The position numbers were made by a program, and so were the translations under genes. Under the pieces are notes generated by a model. It worked only from the letters and a program-made list of their open reading frames with translations. It was not told the origin of the DNA and searched no databases. A stretch of DNA of 63,489 bases, the filler included, from Lenisia limosa (taxonomy: Eukaryota > Protista > Breviatea), in the NCBI GenBank assembly GCA_001655205.1. It is 16 parts of 16 records of this genome, joined end to end, with 100 filler letters (N's around TTAATTAATTAA, not from the genome) between each part and the next. Parts side by side here need not be neighbours in the genome. Positions count along the whole stretch, not along the records: positions 1 to 17,148 come from LPNZ01006497.1; positions 17,249 to 22,342 come from LPNZ01006636.1; positions 22,443 to 26,906 come from LPNZ01005129.1; 13 more parts are not named here. One strand, 5' to 3'. Below, piece after piece: positions 12,427-22,650 of the stretch. Numbering within the stretch: the first letter of the stretch is position 1; each line of letters starts with the position of its first letter.

Positions 12427-15080
12427 ATGGCCGTGTCTAAGGAGCTGACAAAGGTGCTCAACCCAGAAACGACAGTCAATATCAGGAAGCTGGCTGACTT
12501 GGCCAAAGATAGTGGGAATGTGTCACGCAGACGCTTGAATTCAAGTTCTTGTGTTGTCGTAAAATTATTTGGTTAATTATGTTTGTTGTGCATGTATCAT
12601 ATCATAATATATGACCTTATGATCTGTAATATCCTTCACTTCATACGCTAGAGTGATGGGATGCTTTTACTCCCCNNNNNNNNNNNNNNNNNNNNNNNNN
12701 NNNNNNNNNNNNNNNNNNNNNNNNNNNNNNNNNNNNNNNNNNNGAGAGGGATAGGGGACTGTACACTCAGCCGTTTGAATTTGACCCCAACGTATTTATT
12801 CTTTTTGTGAACATGTTATTGAAATCCTGACAAACGTTTTTCTTGTGCTTCTTCACGGTTCAAAAAAGACCTGTTCAATATTGATGGTTTTTATTAGGCT
12901 CGTGGGAAGAGCTACTTACTTACACATTAGCAATAAACCAAGGATCCACTGTCAATAACCTAACATTTTCAGCTGATTCGATTGTGCATTCAAAGGACCT
13001 TTTCAACCAATATCGGAGAGCTAAGGAATTCAAAGTGCCTCAATTCAGACATCAAATCAGACATGATGTGGGGGGTAAATACAGTGACCGGGATAAGTCT
13101 TGATCTCTTATGCAAGGAAAATCGGTCAAGACTTATCCCGATCACTGTATATAGATGGCACAGCTGACCGTATCTTTGCAAATGTTTTGGTTTCGACGCT
13201 TCTTTCCTTTTGAATTTCTTATTATTACTCTATCTTTTCTTAACCTTCAGGCGGATATGCTTGCAGAAACGTACCCTGAGCTGCAATCAAATACTGGAAT
13301 TGTTGGAGGGCTTTTATGAGTATGATAGAACGCTATAAAAATTGCGAAAAGTGAGGTTGTTTTATCATGATAGTAACCCAGGTTACTCCGAAACAGTGCG
13401 TTTGAAAATCGACTATCATTAGGGGTTCGCTATGGTCCCAAAAAAGACTGAATTTTCCGATAAATCCTCAATAGATATCGATATTTTACCAGTCTTTTTT
13501 GGACCGTAGGGAAGCCCTAACTATCATTGAGTTCATATCATGCTTTTTTGGATTTCGCCATATTCATCTTTCAACGGACTTTTTGACCACCTCAGATGGC
13601 GGAGGTGGTGACTGTGCTCTGGAGCATTGAAGACAGCTACAACGCCAATACCATGGCTCTTGTTCGTCCGTTTGTCAGCGTCTTGTCTGAGGTGGGTTAC
13701 GCTACCGTTTTGTGATGAGATGGTGCTCACAGTAGGTAGAGCTTCACTTTCGGTTCACACTATTAAAAATACTCATTCCTTTTGAGAACCGAAAGTGAAG
13801 CTAATTTGGCAATTTTTTAATTGTAGCCCAGTTATACTTGCGCTTTCTAATGTTTAATGCTTCCCCATATCAAGAGTAATATGAAATAATGTCCTAACAC
13901 TTCAGCCCTTCGAGGTGTTTTTTGGGCTCAAAGCGTTCCTCTACAAAACCAGTATGTGGGCGTTGTTTTTCAACATGGAACTCTCAGTTATTGTAGACAT
14001 TACATAAAAGCGTATCAATGCCCAATCTGTTTAGAAATGAGGCATACTGGAGTACTGGCAGGGTACATCATGGTGAAACTCACGCTTAGCTCACTGTATT
14101 TTGCTATTTTACCAGCTGTTTATATTATATGCATTATATTTCAAAGGATCGACCAGATAATTTCGGTATTTTCTTGTCTACATACAGTGACCGGGATAAG
14201 TCGACCTATTATTTAACTTGGTAAGTCACATAACAAATCGGTCAAAACTTATCCCGGTCACTGTATATGATCTGTATATACACTAATATCACAGTTCGTT
14301 TATTAGGTATAAACCCTTTCTTTACTCGAATCAAATAATTCTATCCAGGAAAAGACCGCAATAAGATCTCCCTTGCCTGTCGAATAGCTACATTCCAAAC
14401 CCTCTTCAGACTCACTTTGCCTTACATTTATAACTTCTTCAATGATGAAGAAATCTACCCTAATGAATGGGTGTGTGGAGGGACGTGAATACTGTTGTTG
14501 TAGTTAGGGCTCCGTGCAATTAATTGACAAGATCTTCTACCTCTCTTTTCACATTCACATATCATATTTCAGAACATATGATGATAAACCAGAGTTCCTT
14601 TACACTTCAGATGTTGGAGTGGGTTCAGGGCTATCTCGCGACATCGCTTCCAACTTCGAGTTTATTGCCACTCTGGGACACTGTGGGTGCTGAATACTTT
14701 ATTTTTTTACCATCTTTTTTGATGCATGAATCTATTACTTCTAATTATTGCCTTTGATATACATTATCAACCACTCAATTTTCGACCCAGTACATAGCAA
14801 TGGATTCCGGAGTGACCGAGTTTCACCTCTTCGTTTGCATCGTGAGAGGAATTGTGGCAGATAAGGACTGGAGCGTATCTTGTCTTCCATCAATATCCTT
14901 TTTTCATCTAGTATACTTTTTTATATAATATATGTATTTTTTTATCTAATTTCAAGTAACAATTGTTTTTGGTTCACGCACCAGGCTATCCTTCAGTTAC
15001 ATCACGAGAAATTAATGGACCTTGAGCGATCAGAAATCCTCTCGTTCCTCCACCACCTCCCAGAGCAGCCGATGGAGAAA
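12427..15080 (+). CDS. TBC (Rab-GAP) domain protein, multi-exon, 3' end uncertain
   Basis: Spliced peptides: MAVSKELTKVLNPETTVNIRKLADLAKD; QYRRAKEFKVPQFRHQIRHD; VVTVLWSIEDSYNANTMALVRPFVSVLSE; FQTLFRLTLPYIYNFFNDEEIYPNEW; MLEWVQGYLATSLPTSSLLPLWDT; FHLFVCI/AILQLHHEKLMDLERSEILSFLHHLP. These follow the TBC C-terminal pattern W...LA..LP...L.LWD. Confidence 0.75.
13082..13147. mobile_element. MITE family B (Tc1-like; TA|CAGTGACCGGGATAAGTCTTGACCGATT..AATCGGTCAAGACTTATCCCGGTCACTG|TA consensus)
   Basis: Near-perfect hairpin, CAGTG..CACTG ends, TA on both sides. Confidence 0.88.
13422..13517. mobile_element. MITE family A' copy
   Basis: TA|GGGGTTCGCTATGGTCCCAAAAAAGACTG..GGACCGTAGGGAAGCCC|TA. Confidence 0.85.
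14185..14263. mobile_element. MITE family B copy
   Basis: TA|CAGTGACCGGGATAAGTC..ACTTATCCCGGTCACTG|TA. Confidence 0.88.
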
Positions 15081-16486
15081 GTGGGGCTCTTTAGTTGAGC
15101 AAGAGAAATATTATACATTAGAAATCTAAGAAAGCAAATAAATATATAGGGATACAATAAACAAATTACCGTACTTCTGCACACGCTCCTTTTCAGTATT
15201 TTCTCATTTCTATTTAATCATATCAACTCTTACAGCGTGATGGTGTAGACGGCTTCGGGCTCTACAATTTTATTCTCATCTTGTATACATATGTGTTGTG
15301 TTCATAATTAAGGAAAATGTGCATAACAATTTTCACTGACACGTATCCCCCACCCCACATTGATACCCCCCCCCTCCGATGCTGNNNNNNNNNNNNNNNN
15401 NNNNNNNNNNNNNNNNNNNNNNNNNNNNNNNNNNNNNNNNNNNNNNNNNNNNNNNNNNNNNNNNNNNNNNNNNNNNNNNNNNNNNNNNNNNNNNNNNNNN
15501 NNNNNNNNNNNNNNNNNNNNNNNNNNNNNNNNNNNNNNNNNNNNNNNNNNNNNNNNNNNNNNNNNNNNNNNNNNNNNNNNNNNNNNNNNNNNNNNNNNNN
15601 NNNNNNNNNNNNNNNNNNNNNNNNCAGTCCAAAGGGGAGACCGCCCGGTCTCAATGGACTATCTGAAGAAGCACCTGACAATCCAATCCGTGGGTACTCT
15701 CTATCGATGAATTAGTATTATACAATCCAATATCTCTTATAGGCCTGGTGTGGACGGCTTCGGCCAGATACCTTGTTTTTTATTTAATATATTGTGATAA
15801 AACTAAGTCAGCCGAAATTCTGTTGTGGACACCTTTTTTTATTCAGGTGTTGGTGCGGTTGGGAACATACTATATTGAATACAACAATAGGTGTAAAAGA
15901 ATACATAGTTGGAGTATACCATACTTCGGCAGTTTCTATGTTTCTGGTGATGTTGTCCCAGTTCTTGCACGAAATTACTTTTTAGGTTAAAATGAAGTAA
16001 ATACTCCAAATGACCGCCAAAAGTCGTGAGCGGCTGAATTCTAAATGTCTTGTGATGTTTGTTATTGTGTGAATACAACAGCGTTATTTACTACCGCTGG
16101 TCCATCTTCTTAAAAGTGGAGATGACAATAATTTCCAAAGTTTAGACAAGGAAGGGGGACTTCAACCGCTTCGATATTTATTTCCTTTGCCTTTTTCTCT
16201 CATATTTTGAGGTTCCGAGCAGGTTCTGAGAAAAAGGTAGGGCAAATAAAAGATTGAGTAAAAAAATCCTGGGGGTAAAATTTCATGTTCTCTTCTCCAC
16301 CCCTTTTAAGATATGCATTGATCTTAAATTTTGCGTCGCGAGTCTGAAATGACAATTCTTATTTTATATGACATCATCAATTATGAACTTGCGTTGTATC
16401 CCTTTGGCGGTTTCAAGGTCAGATCAAAATGGATAATAAAGGAAGTCAGTATATCGACAACAATAGAAACTAAACCCAGAAACGAC

Positions 16487-16597
16487 CTAAAGCTGCGTGA
16501 ATCCCGTGATCTTGACACCGCACTTCGGACATTTGGCGTGTGACGCGATACAGGCGGAACATGTCACTGCGGGGTTACTCGTGGATGAAGAAAAAAG
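16487..16597 (-). CDS. Terminal exon with CxxC...CxxC zinc-binding motif (RING-like half)
   Basis: cAG|LFSSSTSNPAVTCSACIASHAKCPKCGVKITGFTQL*. Upstream exons not resolved. Confidence 0.35.
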   Translation of the reverse strand, partial: LFSSSTSNPAVTCSACIASHAKCPKCGVKITGFTQL

Positions 16598-16651
16598 CTG
16601 ATAATGTGTAAAAACACAATATGCCCAGACAAAAACAGTCCCTTATAAGTA

Positions 16652-16739
16652 GGGCTTCACTTCGGTTCGAAAAAAAACTGAATTTCTCAATCCTCGAAAA
16701 CTATCGATATTTTACCGGTTTGTTTCCGAAGTGAAGTCC
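16652..16739. mobile_element. MITE family A copy (GGGCTTCACTTCGGTTCG..CGAACCGAAGTGAAGCCC type)
   Basis: TA on both flanks; core CTATCGATATTTTACCGG. Confidence 0.85.
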
Positions 16740-17148
16740 TAGGAACTCGTGGATGAAGAAGAAAAAAAAGCTGATAAGGTCTGCGTGGGGGTGAGGGGAA
16801 AACAGCAGCTCTAGCTGTGTACAATAAGGAACACTCTATATGCCCAGACAAAAACAGTCCCTTAAAGAGATATTGGATTATAGTAGAGTATTAATTCACC
16901 CAATCATTTGCCTTACTCTGCTCCCATAGACCTAGGCAAAGACAACCCCATATAAATTTTGTAATGAGAAAAATAATAATAAGGTTGTATCTGGCCAAAG
17001 CCGCCAGCACGCTAATAAGAGATAATAATAATTCACCCCATACAATATACCTAGCTTAGGCACAGACAGCCCCATGTATAAGCAAAGACAGCCCCAAACA
17101 AACACAGCAATGAAAACAAAACAAAAAAAAAAAAGTTGTATCTGGCCG

Positions 17149-17248
17149 NNNNNNNNNNNNNNNNNNNNNNNNNNNNNNNNNNNNNNNNNNNNTTAATTAA
17201 TTAANNNNNNNNNNNNNNNNNNNNNNNNNNNNNNNNNNNNNNNNNNNN
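17149..17248. other. Artificial contig-joining spacer (first of 15)
   Basis: Exactly 44N+TTAATTAATTAA+44N. Also starts at 22343, 26907, 30002, 31827, 34283, 38558, 40617, 42187, 43788, 45858, 47575, 56210, 58905 and 60920. Confidence 0.97.
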
Positions 17249-17808
17249 ACCAGGTTTATACCCCCCCCCCTTACATTTGGTTTGACGGGTCCAAGTTTAT
17301 ACCCCTGGCGACGCGCTTGGGATTTGATCTGTGTGGTTAATTTTTATTATTTTCTCATTGAGCTAAATGAATTAGACAACATATACATACAGCGACTGTG
17401 GAAGTCTTGACCAATACAATCGGTCAAGACCTTCAACGGCATGGTACACATGATTAAAGTTCATTATATTTTATCGAGGTAGTGCGCAATATACATAGCT
17501 TAATATTTCAAATTAGGTACATACACATCAAATCTCATGTGTTTTGAACTAGGTACCGAGACATAGCTTGATACTATTCATCTCATTGTTTAGGAGGTAA
17601 CTATCATTATTTCAGCTGCGTAACTCAATTGAAACAGCATAAATTAACAAAAAAACTATCTGTTTTGAATGCTAGTTTCCAATGTCTGCGATCCGAGAGA
17701 CAAATGATCGAAATCAAACCCGGTAATAGACAAGTGACCAAAATAGTCTTATTTCAAGGTTGATCAAGAGATTTGTCATAACAAAAGAGACAGAAGCCCC
17801 CAACAAAC

Positions 17809-17988
17809 TCGCGGAGGGTTGGCATTAAACGAGTTCGTCGAGGTCTTGTTACGGGGGCTGAAGTGCTGGAATTGCTTCAGCCTCGCGGTGTATTCCAGAG
17901 CCGTCTCCCTATCAAAACGAGGAGGGAGCGTGGAAAATGCATAAACCGGCTCCGGACGCCGGGTTCCAGCTTGAACATGCGTAGGAAG
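17809..17988 (-). CDS. Exon of a hypothetical protein
   Basis: 180-nt open AG..GT exon: LPTHVQAGTRRPEPVYAFSTLPPRFDRETALEYTARLKQFQHFSPRNKTSTNSFNANPPR. Confidence 0.4.
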
Positions 17989-18339
17989 CTTTGAAGATGA
18001 TAAATATCACCAAGAAGAACACTTACCATTGCTGTGGAGGGGGGAAAAGCTAGCCAACTCCTAACATTTTCATTATATTATTAATTTACAATAATAAATC
18101 AAAATATGAGCACTTTTGTCATGAGCTAGGAGCTTTTTGGCCAATTTTGTTTTTGTATTCTAAATTTGCCGTCACGGGTAATTCATGTTTGAATTTTCAC
18201 TTGTAACCTTGTAACAAACCTCTTTCAGGTCCAGTTTAGGTCTACGCTTTGTTAAAAAAGACTAGCAGAGACTTTATTAGCAGATATACGTAGAATAGTA
18301 ATCTAGAAGCTTTTGTCTTTTGACGCAGAAAAGCTCACC

Positions 18340-20291
18340 ATGCTAGGGGAGATCCAAACTAGTATCACTAGCACCATAGATGTGCTCAAACAGATGAATT
18401 TCAGGACGGTTTGCTTTCCTCTAAAAAATATGATAGATTTAGTTTCTGAACCAAGGAGCGAACTTTGGTCTTGTCATCTCCTCTGCTTTGATCATTTGGA
18501 AGATTTTGATTCTGGTGTCAATGTCTCCGTCTCCGATTGTCGTAGTGCTTTCGTATGCTGCTCATACAAAGTTCTTTTCATATCATTCTTTTCTTTCATT
18601 TAATCGGGCTCATGTTGATGTCTTCTATCGCCTCTTGATCAGTGATAAATGGAAATAATTGTCTCATAAACAGCCATCGCATATCTAGGACGTACTTGAC
18701 TCCGTATCCCCATTTCGTTTGCTTTTGTTTCACAGGTTGCTATATTTCACCCCCACAGCGGCTCAATGGAACCCGGGTTTTACCGGGGTGACCTTCTCTT
18801 CTTGACAAACATCACATCAACGTATAATGTTGGTGACATTGTCGGTAAGCGGGAGGATGAGTGTGATGATGGCATTGTCGGTTAGCGGGGGGAGGAGTGA
18901 TGTTGGTGGCATTGTCGGTAAGCGGGGGGAGGAGTGTGATGATGGTTGGGGGGAATAGCATAAGAAGTGTGGGGAACTAACATGCTATTGCGAATTGTCT
19001 GAGAAGAGAACACGCTGACATCTGAAATATTTTCTAACTGTATTTTGTAATGTATTCCTTGATTATATGATAGATTTATTTTGTATATTTTCTTGCTCTA
19101 AAAACAATGTTCAGCCTTGCTCACCATTTCAGTGTACAGTCTTGGGGGACGCGAGATCCCCATTGTGCACAGAATTATGCAGATTCATGAGTATGGGGAC
19201 TACCATAAGTTTTGACCGATTTGCTATGTGATCTGTAAATGGAGGGGTATCATGATTAGCATTACATATGGATTGGGGATGAGCAATTCTGTTCTACTAT
19301 TAGTGAAAGACTGAAGAACCATGCCCTTGGTCAATACTGGCAAAAGACCATTTTGTTTCTCATTTCGATATTCTACAGCTATAAAATATCAATATCCATA
19401 AGTCGTGATCTTGCTGATATTCAAAGCGTCTGCCAAGTCTCTGGGTAACATGTGTTTCTCCTCTTCTCATCGTTCCAGGAAGGAGGATGGTGGCATCCAG
19501 TTCCTAACAAAGGGTGACAATAACAGCATTGATGATGTTGGTCTCTATCGCGAGGCAAACCGTGGGTTTAGAAGGGCTTCACTCTAGAAAGGGTTTAGAG
19601 TAGAATAGAGACTATTACTATATGTGTCGGCCAGACACAACCTTATTTTTTATTTCTCATTGCTAGTACTCGTTGTTTTATTTCTCATTTCTACATTATT
19701 TTTGATGGAAAGACATTCATGGATGTTCAAATGTTCAGCTAACAGAGATGATTGCTGTTTTCTTTTTGTTTCCTATAAATTTCCATTTCCGCCATGACTC
19801 TTTCAGCACACCAGAACTTCCTTGAACCCTCCGACCTTGTTGGCAAGGTGGAAGGCATGGTACCCTACGTCGGCATGGTCACCATTGTGAGGGGGTATGA
19901 TAAGGTTTTATGTCTGGGGGAGCTTCGCCTATTATAGAATAGTCGGGGTTCTTTTTGGTTTTTGAGGTTGTTGCATAAACTGGTACTTGTATGGTGTCTG
20001 AATGTCAATTGCTTGGAATATTACTACAAGGGCTCCGTGCTATTAATTTTTTGAAGAAATAATGACCACATTTGAAATTAAAGTGTCTGGAATGGAGCCC
20101 CATGACAATAGGTCTCAAATCAAATTTTATTGCACAAAGCCCTAAACCACACTATGGTGTTGCTTCAGAAATCAACACGTCATGATTTTCTGCACCCCTT
20201 TACTGCACAGATTATGAACGACTACCCCTGGGTGAAGTACGCGGTGATTGGTATGCTCGGTCTCTTCGTGTTGTCGTCACGAGAAGAATAG
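18340..20291 (+). CDS. SEC11: Signal peptidase complex catalytic subunit SEC11, 7 exons
   Basis: [23 protein letters not shown]|[37 protein letters not shown]|[28 protein letters not shown]|[20 protein letters not shown]|[23 protein letters not shown]..|[26 protein letters not shown]|[26 protein letters not shown]. Contains the catalytic SGSMEP, IVHR and TKGDNN motifs. Confidence 0.96.
18828..18945 (+). repeat. Three tandem copies (~36-nt unit) of a SEC11 exon end plus donor
   Basis: CATTGTCG|GT(A/T)AGCGGG occurs with GT at 18845, 18881 and 18918. Confidence 0.9.
20030..20142. mobile_element. MITE family F (GGGCTCCGTGC..GCACAAAGCCC), same termini as family A
   Basis: Different interior (TTTGAAATTAAAGTGTCTG). 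Other copies at 56687-56821, 39501-39605, 47151-47225, and a left end only at 14507. Confidence 0.75.
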
Positions 20292-20411
20292 AATGTTGTC
20301 CGTTTTGAACTTATTTGCTTTCTTGTATTTATCCATTCTCATTTCCACGCTTCCACAAGTAGCCCCAGGTCATATGGTACATTGAATATAATGGAAACCC
20401 CAATAAATAGT

Positions 20412-22285
20412 TTACTCGGCCTCTTCAAGAGCACAGTTGCGGTTGACGTAGGTCTAAACATGGTAAGAGAATACGAAAATGAGATTGTAGTACTGTAGTA
20501 GTAAGAAGTATCTCCACATGATGTCATAAATGATCATCAGGAAAATGTCCCCCCCCCCGCCTACGCGGAAGTCGAAGGCGTTGTCAACACCCTCGAAAGC
20601 AGGCATCTGTGCGGTAAAAGATGTATAAAAGAAGATGTCAAGTAAGACCCCAGTGCTTCAGTTCAAAATAAGACTGAATTTCTCGACAAATCCTCGAAAA
20701 CTATCGATATTTTACTGGTCCTTTTCAAACCGAAGTGAAGCCTTCTATCCTCATTGAAACCATCTCCACTCAAAAGCCGGTCATATGATCTTTAACTCGT
20801 GGATATGGGTCAACATATGCCCCCCCCCNNNNNNNNNNNNNNNNNNNNNNNNNNNNNNNNNNNNNNNNNNNNNNNNNNNNNNNNNNNNNNNNNNNNNNNN
20901 NNNNNNNNNNNNNNNNNNNNNNNNNNNNNNNNNNNNNNNNNNNNNNNNNNNNNNNNNNNNNNNNNNNNNNNNNNNNNNNNAGAGGATCAGGGGGGAGGGG
21001 AATATGAAACAAAAAAAAAAGAAGAATAAAATCAACTCTGTTAACAAAACCTGCAGCACCGCATCCCATCACCCCAGCATCTCAAATTTCAACACCGACA
21101 AACAACATGCTGAAATCTAATGTCCACCACGAACCTTGCCGGCCGCGATGAGCTCGAAGGACTCCATGATCTGCTTGGGAGAGTCAACGTCGGAGTTGCG
21201 GGCAATCATGAAGGTGATGAACTCGTCAAAGTCAATTTCCTCGTCATCTCCGGCAGTATCGCGCCACAGCTTCTCAAACGCGTCTTCCTCAACTACCTCG
21301 CCTGTGGGGGGGGGGGGGNNNNNNNNNNNNNNNNNNNNNNNNNNNNNNNNNNNNNNNNNNNNNNNNNNNNNNNNNNNNNNNNNNNNNNNNNNNNNNNNNN
21401 NNNNNNNNNNNNNNNNNNNNNNNNNNNNNNNNNNNNNNNNNNNNNNNNNNNNNNNNNNNNNNNNNNNNNNNNNNNNNNNNNNNNNNNNNNNNNNNNNNNN
21501 NNNNNNNNNNNNNNNNNNNNNNNNNNCCGAGGGAGGCAAGAGCAGACTTGAACTCAAGCTTGTCGAGGCAGTTGGAGTTGTCTGGAGGGAAATGAGACTT
21601 TTCATCATAGTTTGACTTCGGCTCTCACATCAGGCAATTGAGAACCATTTTCATTTCCTCTTCACGAGAAAGCAATTCCCCATACCCTTATCAAAGGCTC
21701 TGAAGGACTTGTCAAACTCGGCAATTTGTTCGGGGGTGACTCCGGAAACCTCCTAGAATGTGATTATGGCTCGGTATTAGAATATCGATATTTTTTCATT
21801 TTCGGCTCGTCGTGAAGCCCTACCTTGATACGGATCTGGTTTGCGAGCATGTCAATACGCTTGGTCATTGTGTTGACGAGGGCCTCCCAGTCGCCCTAAA
21901 GCGGTCAGTATGTTGATAAAATGAAGGATTTTTCATGAAGAATATTGGCGTAAAGGGNNNNNNNNNNNNNNNNNNNNNNNNNNNNNNNNNNNNNNNNNNN
22001 NNNNNNNNNNNNNNNNNNNNNNNNNNNNNNNNNNNNNNNNNNNNNNNNNNNNNNNNNNNNNNNNNNNNNNNNNNNNNNNNNNNNNNNNNNNNNNNNNNNN
22101 NNNNNNNNNNNNNNNNNNNNNNNNNNNNNNNNNNNNNNNNNNNNNNNNNNNNNNNNNNNAGAAATAAAAATTAAACTTAACCCACGGCGATAGTTTCGAA
22201 CATGACGTCAGTGTGAGCCGAGAAATCGACCTTATCAGTCTCGAGGCCGTTGAACATCTCCTCAATGGTGTCGACCTGCTCGGGC
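20412..22285 (-). CDS. ACTN: Alpha-actinin, C-terminal part (last spectrin repeat plus EF-hands); 5' half not present
   Basis: PEQVDTIEEMFNGLETDKVDFSAHTDVMFETIA|GDWEALVNTMTKRIDMLANQIRIK|EVSGVTPEQIAEFDKSFRAFDK|NSNCLDKLEFKSALASLG..EIDFDEFITFMIARNSDVDSPKQIMESFELIAAGK..MPAFEGVDNAFDFR|TYVNRNCALEEAE*. Cut by the spacer at 22343. Confidence 0.9.
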
Positions 22286-22650
22286 CTGGGGGGTGAAAAA
22301 AAGGAAACTAAAAAGCCCAAATCAACTCTATTGGCTGACAACNNNNNNNNNNNNNNNNNNNNNNNNNNNNNNNNNNNNNNNNNNNNTTAATTAATTAANN
22401 NNNNNNNNNNNNNNNNNNNNNNNNNNNNNNNNNNNNNNNNNNGCCGCTTTTACAACAAAAAGGCCAGCAGTGAAAAAAACCCTATCATTTTGCTGGAGTG
22501 ACAAGGGACACAACGAGATGAAATAGAAGATCGCACCCACGAAAGGCATTAGTAAGTAATATGACTTGTAGAATTCTCACGGGCAAATTTTGAGGAATTG
22601 GCTGAAACAAGATCTACTCCACATTAAGTAATACTCTCCCCTCTCCCAAC

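Noticed and set aside
17193-17204. TTAATTAATTAA palindrome recurring 15 times
   Set aside because: Always centred in exactly 44N+12+44N and encodes stops in all six frames: an assembly linker, not biology.
18828-18945. CRISPR-like look of short direct repeats (also 49987-50100 and 59078-59168)
   Set aside because: Eukaryotic intron context, no unique spacers of regular length, no cas genes.
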